64,000 nucleotides of DNA from an uncultured Methanosarcinales archaeon (GTDB taxonomy: Archaea > Nanobdellota > Nanobdellia > Woesearchaeales > WJKR01): the NCBI GenBank assembly GCA_964556395.1, contig CAZKVR010000001.1:106996-170995 (forward strand). Reading direction: 5' to 3'. Shown piece after piece: positions 38,022-46,719 of the stretch (positions within the stretch are counted from its first letter, which is position 1; every line of letters starts with the position of its first letter). The notes under the pieces were generated by a model. It was not told the origin of the DNA, did not search any database, and was given only the letters and a program-made list of their open reading frames with translations. The translations under genes were made by a program, and so were the position numbers.

Positions 38022-38912
38022 TCAACGATCCACAGGCACGAACTCGAATTCTATCTCATCAGTATCATTGAAGCCGAGCTCGGAAAAAAAGAACAATGCA
38101 TGATGATTATCATCAAGCGGTCTTTGGAAGATGACACGGAAACCCCTGCCATCCTCATCGACATCTCCAGTACATCTGAGCTTGCACTCTTCGTATGAGT
38201 ATTCAGGAGAACGTGAGTATCTGCTCCTATACCTATCATATTTGATATCATAGATGCGATTGAAATGCCAACCTATCAGACCGCCTCGGTGTTTCATCGT
38301 TGCAGGGTGGATTTCGGCTTGTTTGACAAAATAAATCTTCTCGCCATACGTGTACCTCGAAAGGTACTTGCGATATATCTTATCGAATGAATCCTTCCAC
38401 CCATCCGAAATTGTGTTCCGTTTCCTGATGGTCCAAGCGAAGACTCCGGACCCGTCAACAGGATCGACATCAGCGTACGCTATGATACAGGTTTGTTCCA
38501 TATAGTTATCGCGGCGGAACAGAGAGGACTTCTCTTCCTCCTTATAGACACCAACATAATATCCGCGTGGACGCGGAAATACGGGTTCGAACGAAGAGGT
38601 AGAGAACTCGAAATAGTTTACTCCTTCCTCGACATGGATCGTGTGCTCTTCTATAGAGCCGTCACCTGACTTGATAGCGAGCGTGTGCTTGCCAGTATCG
38701 ACATCTCTGATAGGGAGCCTGCCATACACCTTCTTGACATTGAATGATGAGTCGATCACATCGTATTCGTTAGATGTGAATCCCTTAAATTCCCCATCGA
38801 GGTAGACCCCACAGCCAGGATCGCCTGAAACACCTAGCGTTTGCGCGACCCCTTCGATGCTGAGCATCGCGAGAAGGAGTCCGAATGAACTGATAAGAAA
38901 TGATGTTTTCAT
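38022..38912 (-). CDS. Secreted PEGA-like domain protein
   Basis: EGVA|QTL; DPGCGVYLDGEFKGFT..GKHTLAIK; paralogue of the next gene. Confidence 0.72.
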   Translation of the reverse strand: MKTSFLISSFGLLLAMLSIEGVAQTLGVSGDPGCGVYLDGEFKGFTSNEYDVIDSSFNVKKVYGRLPIRDVDTGKHTLAIKSGDGSIEEHTIHVEEGVNYFEFSTSSFEPVFPRPRGYYVGVYKEEEKSSLFRRDNYMEQTCIIAYADVDPVDGSGVFAWTIRKRNTISDGWKDSFDKIYRKYLSRYTYGEKIYFVKQAEIHPATMKHRGGLIGWHFNRIYDIKYDRYRSRYSRSPEYSYEECKLRCTGDVDEDGRGFRVIFQRPLDDNHHALFFFSELGFNDTDEIEFEFVPVDR

Positions 38913-38992
38913 AATTATTATTTTTGTGAGTTTATTACAATTAGTTTTATTTGATGTTCTGGACGTCAAGACGCCTTTTCTCAGCGAGAGAT

Positions 38993-39766
38993 TCAATAGG
39001 GTGAAGAAGGCATCGGCACGAACTCGAAAGTCAGCTCCTTATTGTCGAATATCTTATCATACCCTTTCGTGGAGCGCAGGCGAAGGGTGAAACCCTCGCC
39101 ATCCTCTTTTATCCGGCCATTCCCGATCAGGATAGGCTTGCTACCGCTATGCTGGCTGGCAGATAATATCATACGGACACTCACATCGCCAGAAGAAGCC
39201 ACTTTCATCTCCCCTGAGAAGAGGGTCGTATAACGCTTCTGACGCAAGTCCTCGATGTCATAGACATCGAGAAAGAAACCGTAGAACATGTCCTTGAAGG
39301 TGTAGGAGTTCCTGCTTTCATCCCCATACCTCGAAAAAGGCGCCCACGTGAATTCGATGTTTTTAGTGGTCGTGTCGTCCTCACCCATATAGAGCATGAG
39401 GTGATGGTGTATCGTGGTTGATTTGAACAACGATTTCTTCTCCTCTACATTGTAGGAAGCGACATAGTAACCGTCCTTGCGAGGGAAACCAGCACTCTTA
39501 TCGATGTTGACCACAAGTTCGTTCACGCCTTCATGGATGTCGAGAGAGTAGCGTTTCACGAATCCCGTGCTTTTCTTCACCGTGAGTTCATGAGCCCCTA
39601 GGGCTACATCGTCGATGAACAGACCGTCCTGCGCGTCGCTCGTGACGCCTTTGAGCGTGTCATCGAGGTAGACCCTGTAGCCCGGCTCGCAGATGACAAA
39701 AAGTTGTTGTGATACTCCTTCGCTCCAGAGAGCGAAGAGCATGATAATAAAGATTAGATGTTTCAT
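38993..39766 (-). CDS. Secreted PEGA-like domain protein
   Basis: EGVS|QQL; EPGYRVYLDDTLKGVT..GAHELTVK; shares FPR..GYYV and FEFVP with its neighbour. Confidence 0.75.
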   Translation of the reverse strand: MKHLIFIIMLFALWSEGVSQQLFVICEPGYRVYLDDTLKGVTSDAQDGLFIDDVALGAHELTVKKSTGFVKRYSLDIHEGVNELVVNIDKSAGFPRKDGYYVASYNVEEKKSLFKSTTIHHHLMLYMGEDDTTTKNIEFTWAPFSRYGDESRNSYTFKDMFYGFFLDVYDIEDLRQKRYTTLFSGEMKVASSGDVSVRMILSASQHSGSKPILIGNGRIKEDGEGFTLRLRSTKGYDKIFDNKELTFEFVPMPSSPY

Positions 39767-39979
39767 GAATCATAAGATTTGAAGTTTGACAAATGTTTTG
39801 AAAGATACGCCGTAGGTTCCGACTGCTCCGAGAACCACCCCCCATCATTGAGCCAACCCGAAGGTGGTGTCGAAGGATGGTATCACGACACCTCCACCAT
39901 AGTGATGGCGCCGTGATTGCTTTCATAAGCATTGTTTGTTTCATAAGCTAACGAGCGATACAATAATTGTTTATAACTA

Positions 39980-40453
39980 TCAGTAGGAGATGACCCCCCA
40001 TCCGAGACTGACCTCGAACGCAGGGACTATTTCAGGCGCCCCGAAAGCGACACCACCTCCAAACCTGAAGTCGAAGTTTTCTCCTAAGATAAAACGGTAG
40101 CCGGTGACGACGGCGATAACATCATAATACGTGTCAGACGCGTCCTCAGTCACCATGACGTAGTTCGTTAAATTAGAGGCAAATAAGAAGTAGCCTGACT
40201 GAAACGGATCGGGTTCGAAGAAAAAATTGACACCTACTCCGGTTACAACATCACCATTCGGTTTCCGTCCTCCATATCCTAATGAATAGCTCAAAGAGTA
40301 ATTGTTTGAGACGTCAAGGAAGTGTTCGAGGCCAAAGACACCTGTGATAGTAGAGGCTCCTCCCCGGAAATACCAGATATCTTGAGATTGCGCTGGTCGC
40401 GCCATCAGCAACGTGATGGCCGTGATTGCGATGATAAGGATTGTTTTTTTCAT
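39980..40453 (-). CDS. Small outer-membrane beta-barrel-like protein
   Basis: AQS|QDI; YFRGGASTITGVFGLEHF, TGYRF, FRFGGGVA, FEVSLGW. Confidence 0.72.
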   Translation of the reverse strand: MKKTILIIAITAITLLMARPAQSQDIWYFRGGASTITGVFGLEHFLDVSNNYSLSYSLGYGGRKPNGDVVTGVGVNFFFEPDPFQSGYFLFASNLTNYVMVTEDASDTYYDVIAVVTGYRFILGENFDFRFGGGVAFGAPEIVPAFEVSLGWGVISY

Positions 40454-40504
40454 GATGTAAAGGTTTTTGAGTTATACAATGTGTTCTCGTGAATTGATGT
40501 AGGG

Positions 40505-41080
40505 TTATTTCAGCCACGGCTTCCACAGCGCGAACCCTGCTCTGATTTCGAGGTAGAGTCCGCTTGCGATGTAGCTGTGCCTGTAGCCGGCTCCCGCTTT
40601 TATGAAGTAGTGGTCTCCTGCGAACCTGTAGCCGAGCGTTGCCGTGATGGCTGGAGTCCAGCCTTCGGTCTCGCCGTCGTGCGTCCGTTTGTAGGTGCCT
40701 TGTTCTGCGTTCGTCAGGAATCCCGCGCTGAGGTATGAGCCGTCGTTCAGGATTGCGCCGTTGATCGCGAGGTCGAATCCGAAGGACCATCGGTCTTCGA
40801 GAGGTCCTGGTTTCCCGAGCCTGACGTCGAGGGCTACCCGGTCGTAGTTGAATGATACTCCTCCGTAGGGGATGGTGTACCAGTCGAGGCCTCCCATGAG
40901 GTATATCTGGGTTTCGGCTCTCGTTTCCGGCAGTCCATGGTTGTAGTATCGCGGACGGTGCACTTTCTTAGGGGTGTAGTTCCGTCCGAACTTGCTCTTC
41001 TCGTCCTCTTGTGAGGATGCTTGCTGTGCTCCTGCGATGAGCAGGAGTGATGCGATCGCTGTGATGAGTGTGCTTTTCAT
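40505..41080 (-). CDS. Small outer-membrane beta-barrel-like protein
   Basis: ASS|QED; TLGYRF..FIKAGAGY..LEIRAGFAL. Confidence 0.72.
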   Translation of the reverse strand: MKSTLITAIASLLLIAGAQQASSQEDEKSKFGRNYTPKKVHRPRYYNHGLPETRAETQIYLMGGLDWYTIPYGGVSFNYDRVALDVRLGKPGPLEDRWSFGFDLAINGAILNDGSYLSAGFLTNAEQGTYKRTHDGETEGWTPAITATLGYRFAGDHYFIKAGAGYRHSYIASGLYLEIRAGFALWKPWLK

Positions 41081-41372
41081 ATCTGTGGTTTTTCGGGTTT
41101 TTACTGTGTTTGTTAGAGATATCTCTAGCGCTTCGTGCGCGGCGAGAGCCTCTCTGTCAGGGTTTTCCGGTGTTTTTGGCTCTCTGTCTGTCGCTGGTGT
41201 TCGCGTTGGCGTAGGGTTTCCCTTTTTTCTGCGCTTTCGCGTTGTGCCAGGCGTTGACGGCGGGCGTGTGCAAGGGCATGGTTCATGCTGGTGTTCTTGT
41301 TGGCCCTGTGGCCGTCGTGCGTGTTTGGTGGTTTATAGTGACTACCAGAGGATGACGAATAGTATAAAAATG
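41081..41372 (-). promoter_or_regulatory. Archaeal TATA box (TTTTTATA, ~41363-41370) and long U-poor leader of array 2
   Basis: A/C-rich minus strand with short hairpins (GCATG/CATGC, CGC-GAAA-GCG, AGGG-AAA-CCCT, TAGAGA/TCTCTA); no minus-strand ORF in the track. Confidence 0.55.
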
Positions 41373-41450
41373 TTTACGTGAAACAGGATAAATTCTATAT
41401 AGAAATTAATTCCCGCAACTCATTTAAACCACCTCTCCGCCGCCGAAGAC

Positions 41451-42023
41451 ATGCTCGGCAACAAGCGGAAAGAAGAGCTCGAAAAGCTCAAGCAGGACGT
41501 CACGGAGAAGGCAGAAGAAACAAAAAAGCTACAAGAGGACGCCAAGGCCCAACGCTCGAGTATACAAGAGCAGCAGGCCTTCCTGGAGAAACTCAGCAAG
41601 AAGCAGGATGACCTCATCAACGCGTTCTCAGGGGAGCTCGACACCCTGCGCCGGACGAACGAGCAGGCCAAGGCAGAGGTCCATAACCTGAAGACCACCC
41701 GGGTCGAGCTCAAGGACGACGTGGCGGAACGGTTCCAGCAGCAATTGTCAAAGTCGTTGAAGGCCATGGAGGGCAAGCTGGAAGCGGACACCGGCAGGAT
41801 AGATGCCTTGTCGGAGTCATTCCAGGCCATCACCAAGGAGCTCAAGGACGCGAGGGCGCAGATCGGCAAGTTCAAGGACCTCGCCGAGACCATCAAGGAG
41901 TCGGACTACAGGCTGAAAGAGCACGCCAAGGCCTTGGAGCAGGCGGACCAGGAGAAGCTGCGGCTGATGAAGCGCGTGGACGAGCTGGAATCCATGATGG
42001 CGAAGATGAAAAGACGTCACTGA
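41451..42023 (+). CDS. Coiled-coil protein
   Basis: Continuous heptad pattern, native codon usage. Confidence 0.8.
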   Translation: MLGNKRKEELEKLKQDVTEKAEETKKLQEDAKAQRSSIQEQQAFLEKLSKKQDDLINAFSGELDTLRRTNEQAKAEVHNLKTTRVELKDDVAERFQQQLSKSLKAMEGKLEADTGRIDALSESFQAITKELKDARAQIGKFKDLAETIKESDYRLKEHAKALEQADQEKLRLMKRVDELESMMAKMKRRH

Positions 42024-42075
42024 ACAGTGATAAAAAATAGAAATATTTATATAATGTTATTACCATAAGATAGTT

Positions 42076-42615
42076 ATGAAAGTCCTGTTGGAACAAGCCA
42101 CGCCGGACCTCGCCGCCAAGGCGCAAAAGGAATACGACGCGCTCTTCTCACAACAACCGGACAAGTACCGCACACACCTCAACAACTACGACCTCGACAA
42201 CCCCGAGAAGGCGGAGCTCGAACCGGACGAGGACGAGGACCTCTACCTCATCAAGGACCAGCAGGACAACCTCCTCGGATACCTGCAAGCGTGTCAAGAA
42301 CAGCCAGGAACCCCCGCCCCCGACGCGCCAGTGCTGAGAGACTACACCAACCAAGGCGACAGCCTCACCATCAACAAGCTCGAGATCTTCAAGAAATACC
42401 AAGGGATAGGACTCGGCAGCGAAGTCATGGAACAACTGCAAGGACGAGGCTACGAGCTCATAGACCTCACGGCAAGGGAGAGCGCCGAGAGGTTCTACCT
42501 CAAGCACGGCTTCAAAGACACCGGCCTGAGGGATGAAGGGAAGAAGGTGCTGGCCTGGCACAACCCGGAGTACGAATCCCGAGAAGCATCCCTGCTTGAG
42601 CAGCAAGCCTTCTAA
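42076..42615 (+). CDS. GNAT-family acetyltransferase
   Basis: YQGIGLGS motif, AERFYLKHGF. Confidence 0.85.
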   Translation: MKVLLEQATPDLAAKAQKEYDALFSQQPDKYRTHLNNYDLDNPEKAELEPDEDEDLYLIKDQQDNLLGYLQACQEQPGTPAPDAPVLRDYTNQGDSLTINKLEIFKKYQGIGLGSEVMEQLQGRGYELIDLTARESAERFYLKHGFKDTGLRDEGKKVLAWHNPEYESREASLLEQQAF

Positions 42616-42872
42616 CGGTATTTGAGTATGAGAACGAGGGATAGCACCGAACCCCCGACGCCGAACCCGAACCCGATGATGATCGGCCACGCGCCAAGCA
42701 CCAAGCCATACGCCAACCACACGCTCGTCCCGAGCGAGAAGATTATGTACGTCCACAGGCTGACGTCATGGGATGACTTGCGCTGCCAGAGCCGCCACGC
42801 CTGCAACCAGTGGCCGAAGCTCATGAGCACGCCGAAGACAGACGCCACCACCTCCAGAACGGCCAGGAACAT
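42612..42872 (-). CDS. SemiSWEET/PQ-loop transporter
   Basis: Three TMs; Q..RLWQRKSSHDVS..WLAYG. Confidence 0.8.
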   Translation of the reverse strand: MFLAVLEVVASVFGVLMSFGHWLQAWRLWQRKSSHDVSLWTYIIFSLGTSVWLAYGLVLGAWPIIIGFGFGVGGSVLSLVLILKYR

Positions 42873-42922
42873 CCCCCACCAGAACAAGAGCCTTTTTAAA
42901 TAATCTTCGCTTCCCGAACCTT

Positions 42923-43828
42923 ATGAAGATCGTCTTCCTCGGCACCGGCGGCATGGTGCCGACCAAGGACCGGAACGTGCAATCGACCTACCTCGAATAC
43001 CGGGGAGAAGGCATCCTGATGGACTGCGGCGAAGGCACGCAGCGCCAGATGAACCTCGCAGGCATCAACCGGATCAAAGTAAGGAAGATACTCATCAGCC
43101 ACTGGCACGGCGACCACGTCGCAGGCCTCATCGGCCTCATCCAGACCCTCGGCAACATCGACGAGCCAGGCACGGTACGGCTGTACGGCCCGGAAGGCAC
43201 GAAGGACTACCTGGACCACATGCTGAAGTGCTGCTCGTTCGACATGCGCCTCGACCTCCAAGTACAGGAGATCAGGCCCGAGGACGACGAGCCCGTCACG
43301 TTCTTCGAGAACGACCGGTACGAACTCCAAGCAGTGAGGCTGCGCCACAGCACCCCTTGCCTAGGCTACGCCTTCGTCGAGAAGGACCAGCGCAACATCA
43401 GCATGGCAAAGGCCGAGAAACTAGGACTCGAAGAGGGCCCGGTCCTCGGCAGGCTCCAGAAAGGGGAGACGATAACGAAGGACGGCGAGACCATAAGCCC
43501 GGACGACGTCTCCACCATCAAGAAGGGCCGGAAGGTCTCGTTCGCACTGGACACCGAGCCGTGCCCCGGCCTGAACAACCTCGCCCGGGACGCGGACATC
43601 TTCATCGCGGAAGCCACGTACGAATCATCCTTGGATGAGAAGGCCGAGGAGTACAAGCACCTCACCGCCCAGCTCGTCGCCCAGGTCGCCTCGCAGGAGA
43701 ACGTCAAGAAACTCTACCTCACTCACTTCTCCCAACGCTACAAGACACCTGAGAAGCTGGAGGAGGACGCCAGGAAGGTCTTCCCAGACACGGTGTGCGC
43801 GTACGACTTCCTCCAGGTCAAATTATGA
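42923..43828 (+). CDS. rnz: Ribonuclease Z
   Basis: FLGTGG..PT, DCGEGTQRQ, SHWHGDH, EATY, THFSQRY. Confidence 0.95.
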   Translation: MKIVFLGTGGMVPTKDRNVQSTYLEYRGEGILMDCGEGTQRQMNLAGINRIKVRKILISHWHGDHVAGLIGLIQTLGNIDEPGTVRLYGPEGTKDYLDHMLKCCSFDMRLDLQVQEIRPEDDEPVTFFENDRYELQAVRLRHSTPCLGYAFVEKDQRNISMAKAEKLGLEEGPVLGRLQKGETITKDGETISPDDVSTIKKGRKVSFALDTEPCPGLNNLARDADIFIAEATYESSLDEKAEEYKHLTAQLVAQVASQENVKKLYLTHFSQRYKTPEKLEEDARKVFPDTVCAYDFLQVKL

Positions 43829-44041
43829 GCGGTCCTTGACGACGAGCCTGATGTCCTCGTCCTTGATAGTCTTGCGGCCGGCGTGCTGCGCGACGCGCGC
43901 CGCCTTCTCAGCGATATCTTCCGCGACGCGCTCCATCTCCATCTTCAAGGCGGCCTTAGCCCCCTCGCTAATGCGGAGACCGGTGAAATCCCTCAATAAT
44001 CGCTCCATCGCGGCCAATGGAAGTCCTTTTTTCATGACCAT
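43823..44041 (-). CDS. Archaeal histone (HMf-like)
   Basis: LPLAAMERLLR..RIS..A..HAGRKTIKDEDI. Confidence 0.93.
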   Translation of the reverse strand: MVMKKGLPLAAMERLLRDFTGLRISEGAKAALKMEMERVAEDIAEKAARVAQHAGRKTIKDEDIRLVVKDRS

Positions 44042-44167
44042 GGTCGAATCACCCGCAATTCCGTAAAAGGAGGTTGTTCTAAAGCTTTTCGGCCCACTGG
44101 ACAGGGACGGGCGAAGGGTTTAAGAAGAGCTTTTTCTAAAGGACAGGGGAAAACAAAAATAGCCGGG

Positions 44168-44208
44168 AATCCCGGGAAAAACAAAAAAACCACCTAATCC
44201 CGGGAAAA
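44168..44208 (+). promoter_or_regulatory. 13-bp direct repeat AATCCCGGGAAAA next to a TATA box
   Basis: Copies at 44168-44180 and 44196-44208, followed by CTATATAAA. Confidence 0.5.
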
Positions 44209-44238
44209 CTATATAAATGAGAGACCATTACGACCACT

Positions 44239-45192
44239 ATGCGCATACACCTACCTAACAGCGCGTTCCTCGGCAACATCGACCCAGTCCTCAAAAGATT
44301 CGACCCGAGCGCACCCGACAAGCTCACCATCACAGCGAACGAGCACTGGATATCGATCCATCCTATCGTCGTAGCGATGATAGGCGCTCTAGGCCATGGA
44401 ATGGAAAGAGAGAACATCGAGTGGCAGAACAGGACCGCAAAGTCGTTCCACTACCTCCAGCGCATCGGGCTGACCAAACACATCCCGACGAAAGCCCAGG
44501 ACGACATCACGGAGCACGAGCCCGCGGGACGTTTCATACCCCTTACCAACATCAGGGACGCAGAAGGGCAGACGAGGTTCATCAATGATATGATACCACT
44601 CCTACACCTCGATTACGAGCAGGCAGAACCAATCAAGTATGTCATCAGCGAACTCCTCCGGAACGTCCTCGAACACGCCCACACAGCAGCAGGCGCATGG
44701 GTGTGCGCCCAGTACTACCCCAAGACCAAGAGAGTGGGCATCGGCATCGCAGACACCGGCATCGGGCTGAAAGCCAGCCTCGAAAGAACCCACCCTATCA
44801 CGACGGACCTCGAAGCCATAAGGTACGCCCTCATGCCAGGCGTATCGGGCTCCGCAGAGCAAGACCTCAACGCAGGAGCAGGATTATTCTTCACCAAGAC
44901 CATCGCCAAGGCGAACAAGGACTTCTTCGTCACCTACACCGGCAACGCGTCGTACAAGCTCCTCAAACCCGACAGTAAGACAAGGCGGCCGAGATACTAT
45001 GCGGACCCGTTCAAGGACCGCCACAACACCAACGAAGGCCTGCCATACTGGCAAGGCACGGTCATCGGCATCGACATCTCCACGGACAACACCACCGCAT
45101 TCTCAGAACTCATGCAGGAGATGAGAGAACTCTACACAGAGAAGCTGAAGGAGAAGAAAGAGATAATCAAGGTGAGGCCGAAGTTCACATGA
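44239..45192 (+). CDS. HATPase_c (GHKL) protein, anti-sigma-kinase-like
   Basis: SELLRNVLEHA N-box, IADTGIG G1, NAGAGL G2, GTVI. Confidence 0.8.
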   Translation: MRIHLPNSAFLGNIDPVLKRFDPSAPDKLTITANEHWISIHPIVVAMIGALGHGMERENIEWQNRTAKSFHYLQRIGLTKHIPTKAQDDITEHEPAGRFIPLTNIRDAEGQTRFINDMIPLLHLDYEQAEPIKYVISELLRNVLEHAHTAAGAWVCAQYYPKTKRVGIGIADTGIGLKASLERTHPITTDLEAIRYALMPGVSGSAEQDLNAGAGLFFTKTIAKANKDFFVTYTGNASYKLLKPDSKTRRPRYYADPFKDRHNTNEGLPYWQGTVIGIDISTDNTTAFSELMQEMRELYTEKLKEKKEIIKVRPKFT

Positions 45193-45467
45193 ACATCAAC
45201 ATACGGGAAGAAGCAGGAACATTCGCCGAGAACAAGGATAAGGCAGCCGCCATGAGAGAGAGGATGCTGCCAACCCTAAAAGATGGAAAAGAAGTGACCC
45301 TCGACTTCGGAGGGGTTGACGGAGCGACACAGTCGTTCATCCACGCCCTACTTGCCAAGCCGATGAGGGAACTGTCATCAACGGTCCTTAACCGCATAGA
45401 GTTCAAGCGCTGCAACGACCGTGTGAAGGCCATCATCAGCACCGTCACAGACTACCTCCAGGAGTGA
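45189..45467 (+). CDS. STAS-like protein (DUF4325-like)
   Basis: VTLDFGGVDGATQSFIHAL; coupled to the HATPase gene. Confidence 0.75.
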   Translation: MNINIREEAGTFAENKDKAAAMRERMLPTLKDGKEVTLDFGGVDGATQSFIHALLAKPMRELSSTVLNRIEFKRCNDRVKAIISTVTDYLQE

Positions 45468-45471
45468 AATC

Positions 45472-45858
45472 ATGTCGCACAAGAGCAGAGGCATCAACGC
45501 CGAGCGGGACCTCATCCACAAGTTCTGGGAGCAAGGCTGGGCAGCCCTCAGGGCGGCCGGCTCGGGCTCCTCGCAATTCCCTGCGCCCGACGTGGTGGCG
45601 AGCAACAACGTGCGCAAGCTGGCCATGGAGGTCAAGCTCACCACGGAGTCGAGGAAGTACTTCACGCAGAAGGAGATCCGGGAACTACTCTACTTCGCCG
45701 AGAAGTTCGGCGCCGAGGCGTGGGTGGGCGTCAAGTTCTTCCGCCGACCGTGGGCGTTCCTCGCGGTGGAAGACCTTGAGGAGACGGGGAAGTCGCACGC
45801 CGTCACGCCGGAGATCGCGGAGCGGCGCGGACTCTCCTTCGAAGAGCTGATAGGGTAG
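45472..45858 (+). CDS. hjc: Holliday junction resolvase Hjc
   Basis: GINAERDL, RAAGSGS..PDVVA, EVK. Confidence 0.93.
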   Translation: MSHKSRGINAERDLIHKFWEQGWAALRAAGSGSSQFPAPDVVASNNVRKLAMEVKLTTESRKYFTQKEIRELLYFAEKFGAEAWVGVKFFRRPWAFLAVEDLEETGKSHAVTPEIAERRGLSFEELIG

Positions 45859-45883
45859 AAATCAGGAACAAAAAAAATGTTTT

Positions 45884-46144
45884 TCACTTCTTCTTTTTCG
45901 GGCGGCCACGCTTCTTCGTCGTCTTCTTCGTGGTCGTCTTCTTAGCGGAGCCGCGGCGGTGCTTGAGCATGTCCTCAATCTCTTCCTCATCCTTGAGGAT
46001 GCTCTTCGCCATGAGCTCTATGTGCGTGTCGATCCTCGCGATGCGCCGCTCCAACAGGATGAGGACGCGCAAGGAGTACACTATCGCCGCCAACGTACCG
46101 ATGATGATTGCCAGAATGACAGCCGCTTCGTTTTCCCAAGCCAT
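45884..46144 (-). CDS. Small membrane protein with a basic tail
   Basis: N-terminal TM, K/R-rich C-terminus. Confidence 0.75.
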   Translation of the reverse strand: MAWENEAAVILAIIIGTLAAIVYSLRVLILLERRIARIDTHIELMAKSILKDEEEIEDMLKHRRGSAKKTTTKKTTKKRGRPKKKK

Positions 46145-46290
46145 TGTGATTGAACACCTCTTTACCTACGGACTGACACCATTAATATATAAAGCTTTTG
46201 TTGTCGACCTCACGAAGAGTCTTTTGACGAGGGAGAACCAATGGAAAGGTTTAAATAAGAGCCGGAGTTAGAGGGATTCATCAACACAAG

Positions 46291-46575
46291 GTGGTTCACA
46301 TGCTGAAGATGAACAGGATCACGGACACGTACGACATGCGCGTATTCACCGACAACGGCGACTACTTCGGAGACGTCGAAGAGGCCATAGTCACCAACAC
46401 GAAGATATTCGGATGGAAGGTCCGGGCGACGAAGAATAGCTTCCTCAACCGCGTCCTCGGATCCGCCAAAGGCGTCATCGTCCCGCACCAGCTGGTGAAG
46501 AGCATGGGCGACATCATCATCATCAGCAAACAGGCCATGCCGTCGTACAACCCGGACGAGGACGACGCGGCATAA
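46291..46575 (+). CDS. PRC-barrel protein (archaeal cell-division-associated type)
   Basis: VFTDNGDYFGDVEE..IVPHQLVKSMGDIIII. Confidence 0.85.
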   Translation: MVHMLKMNRITDTYDMRVFTDNGDYFGDVEEAIVTNTKIFGWKVRATKNSFLNRVLGSAKGVIVPHQLVKSMGDIIIISKQAMPSYNPDEDDAA

Positions 46576-46719
46576 AACTTTTTTCCCAGACCTCTTCCTT
46601 GCTCAGACCTTTTCAGAGCCAGCCTAAAATAGGTCTAAATTCAGGAACCGCTACCAGTCTTTTTTAAACCGTCCTCTCTCGCAACCTTTAAGAAACAAGA
46701 CCCCGTCCTGACACCAGCC

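Larger units (their letters stand above)
37958..41372 (-). other. Array 2: unidirectional island of four secreted proteins with the same architecture as array 1
   Basis: Same 3' end motif, U-poor leader, Gln+1 signal peptides, beta-barrel paralogues. Confidence 0.75.
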
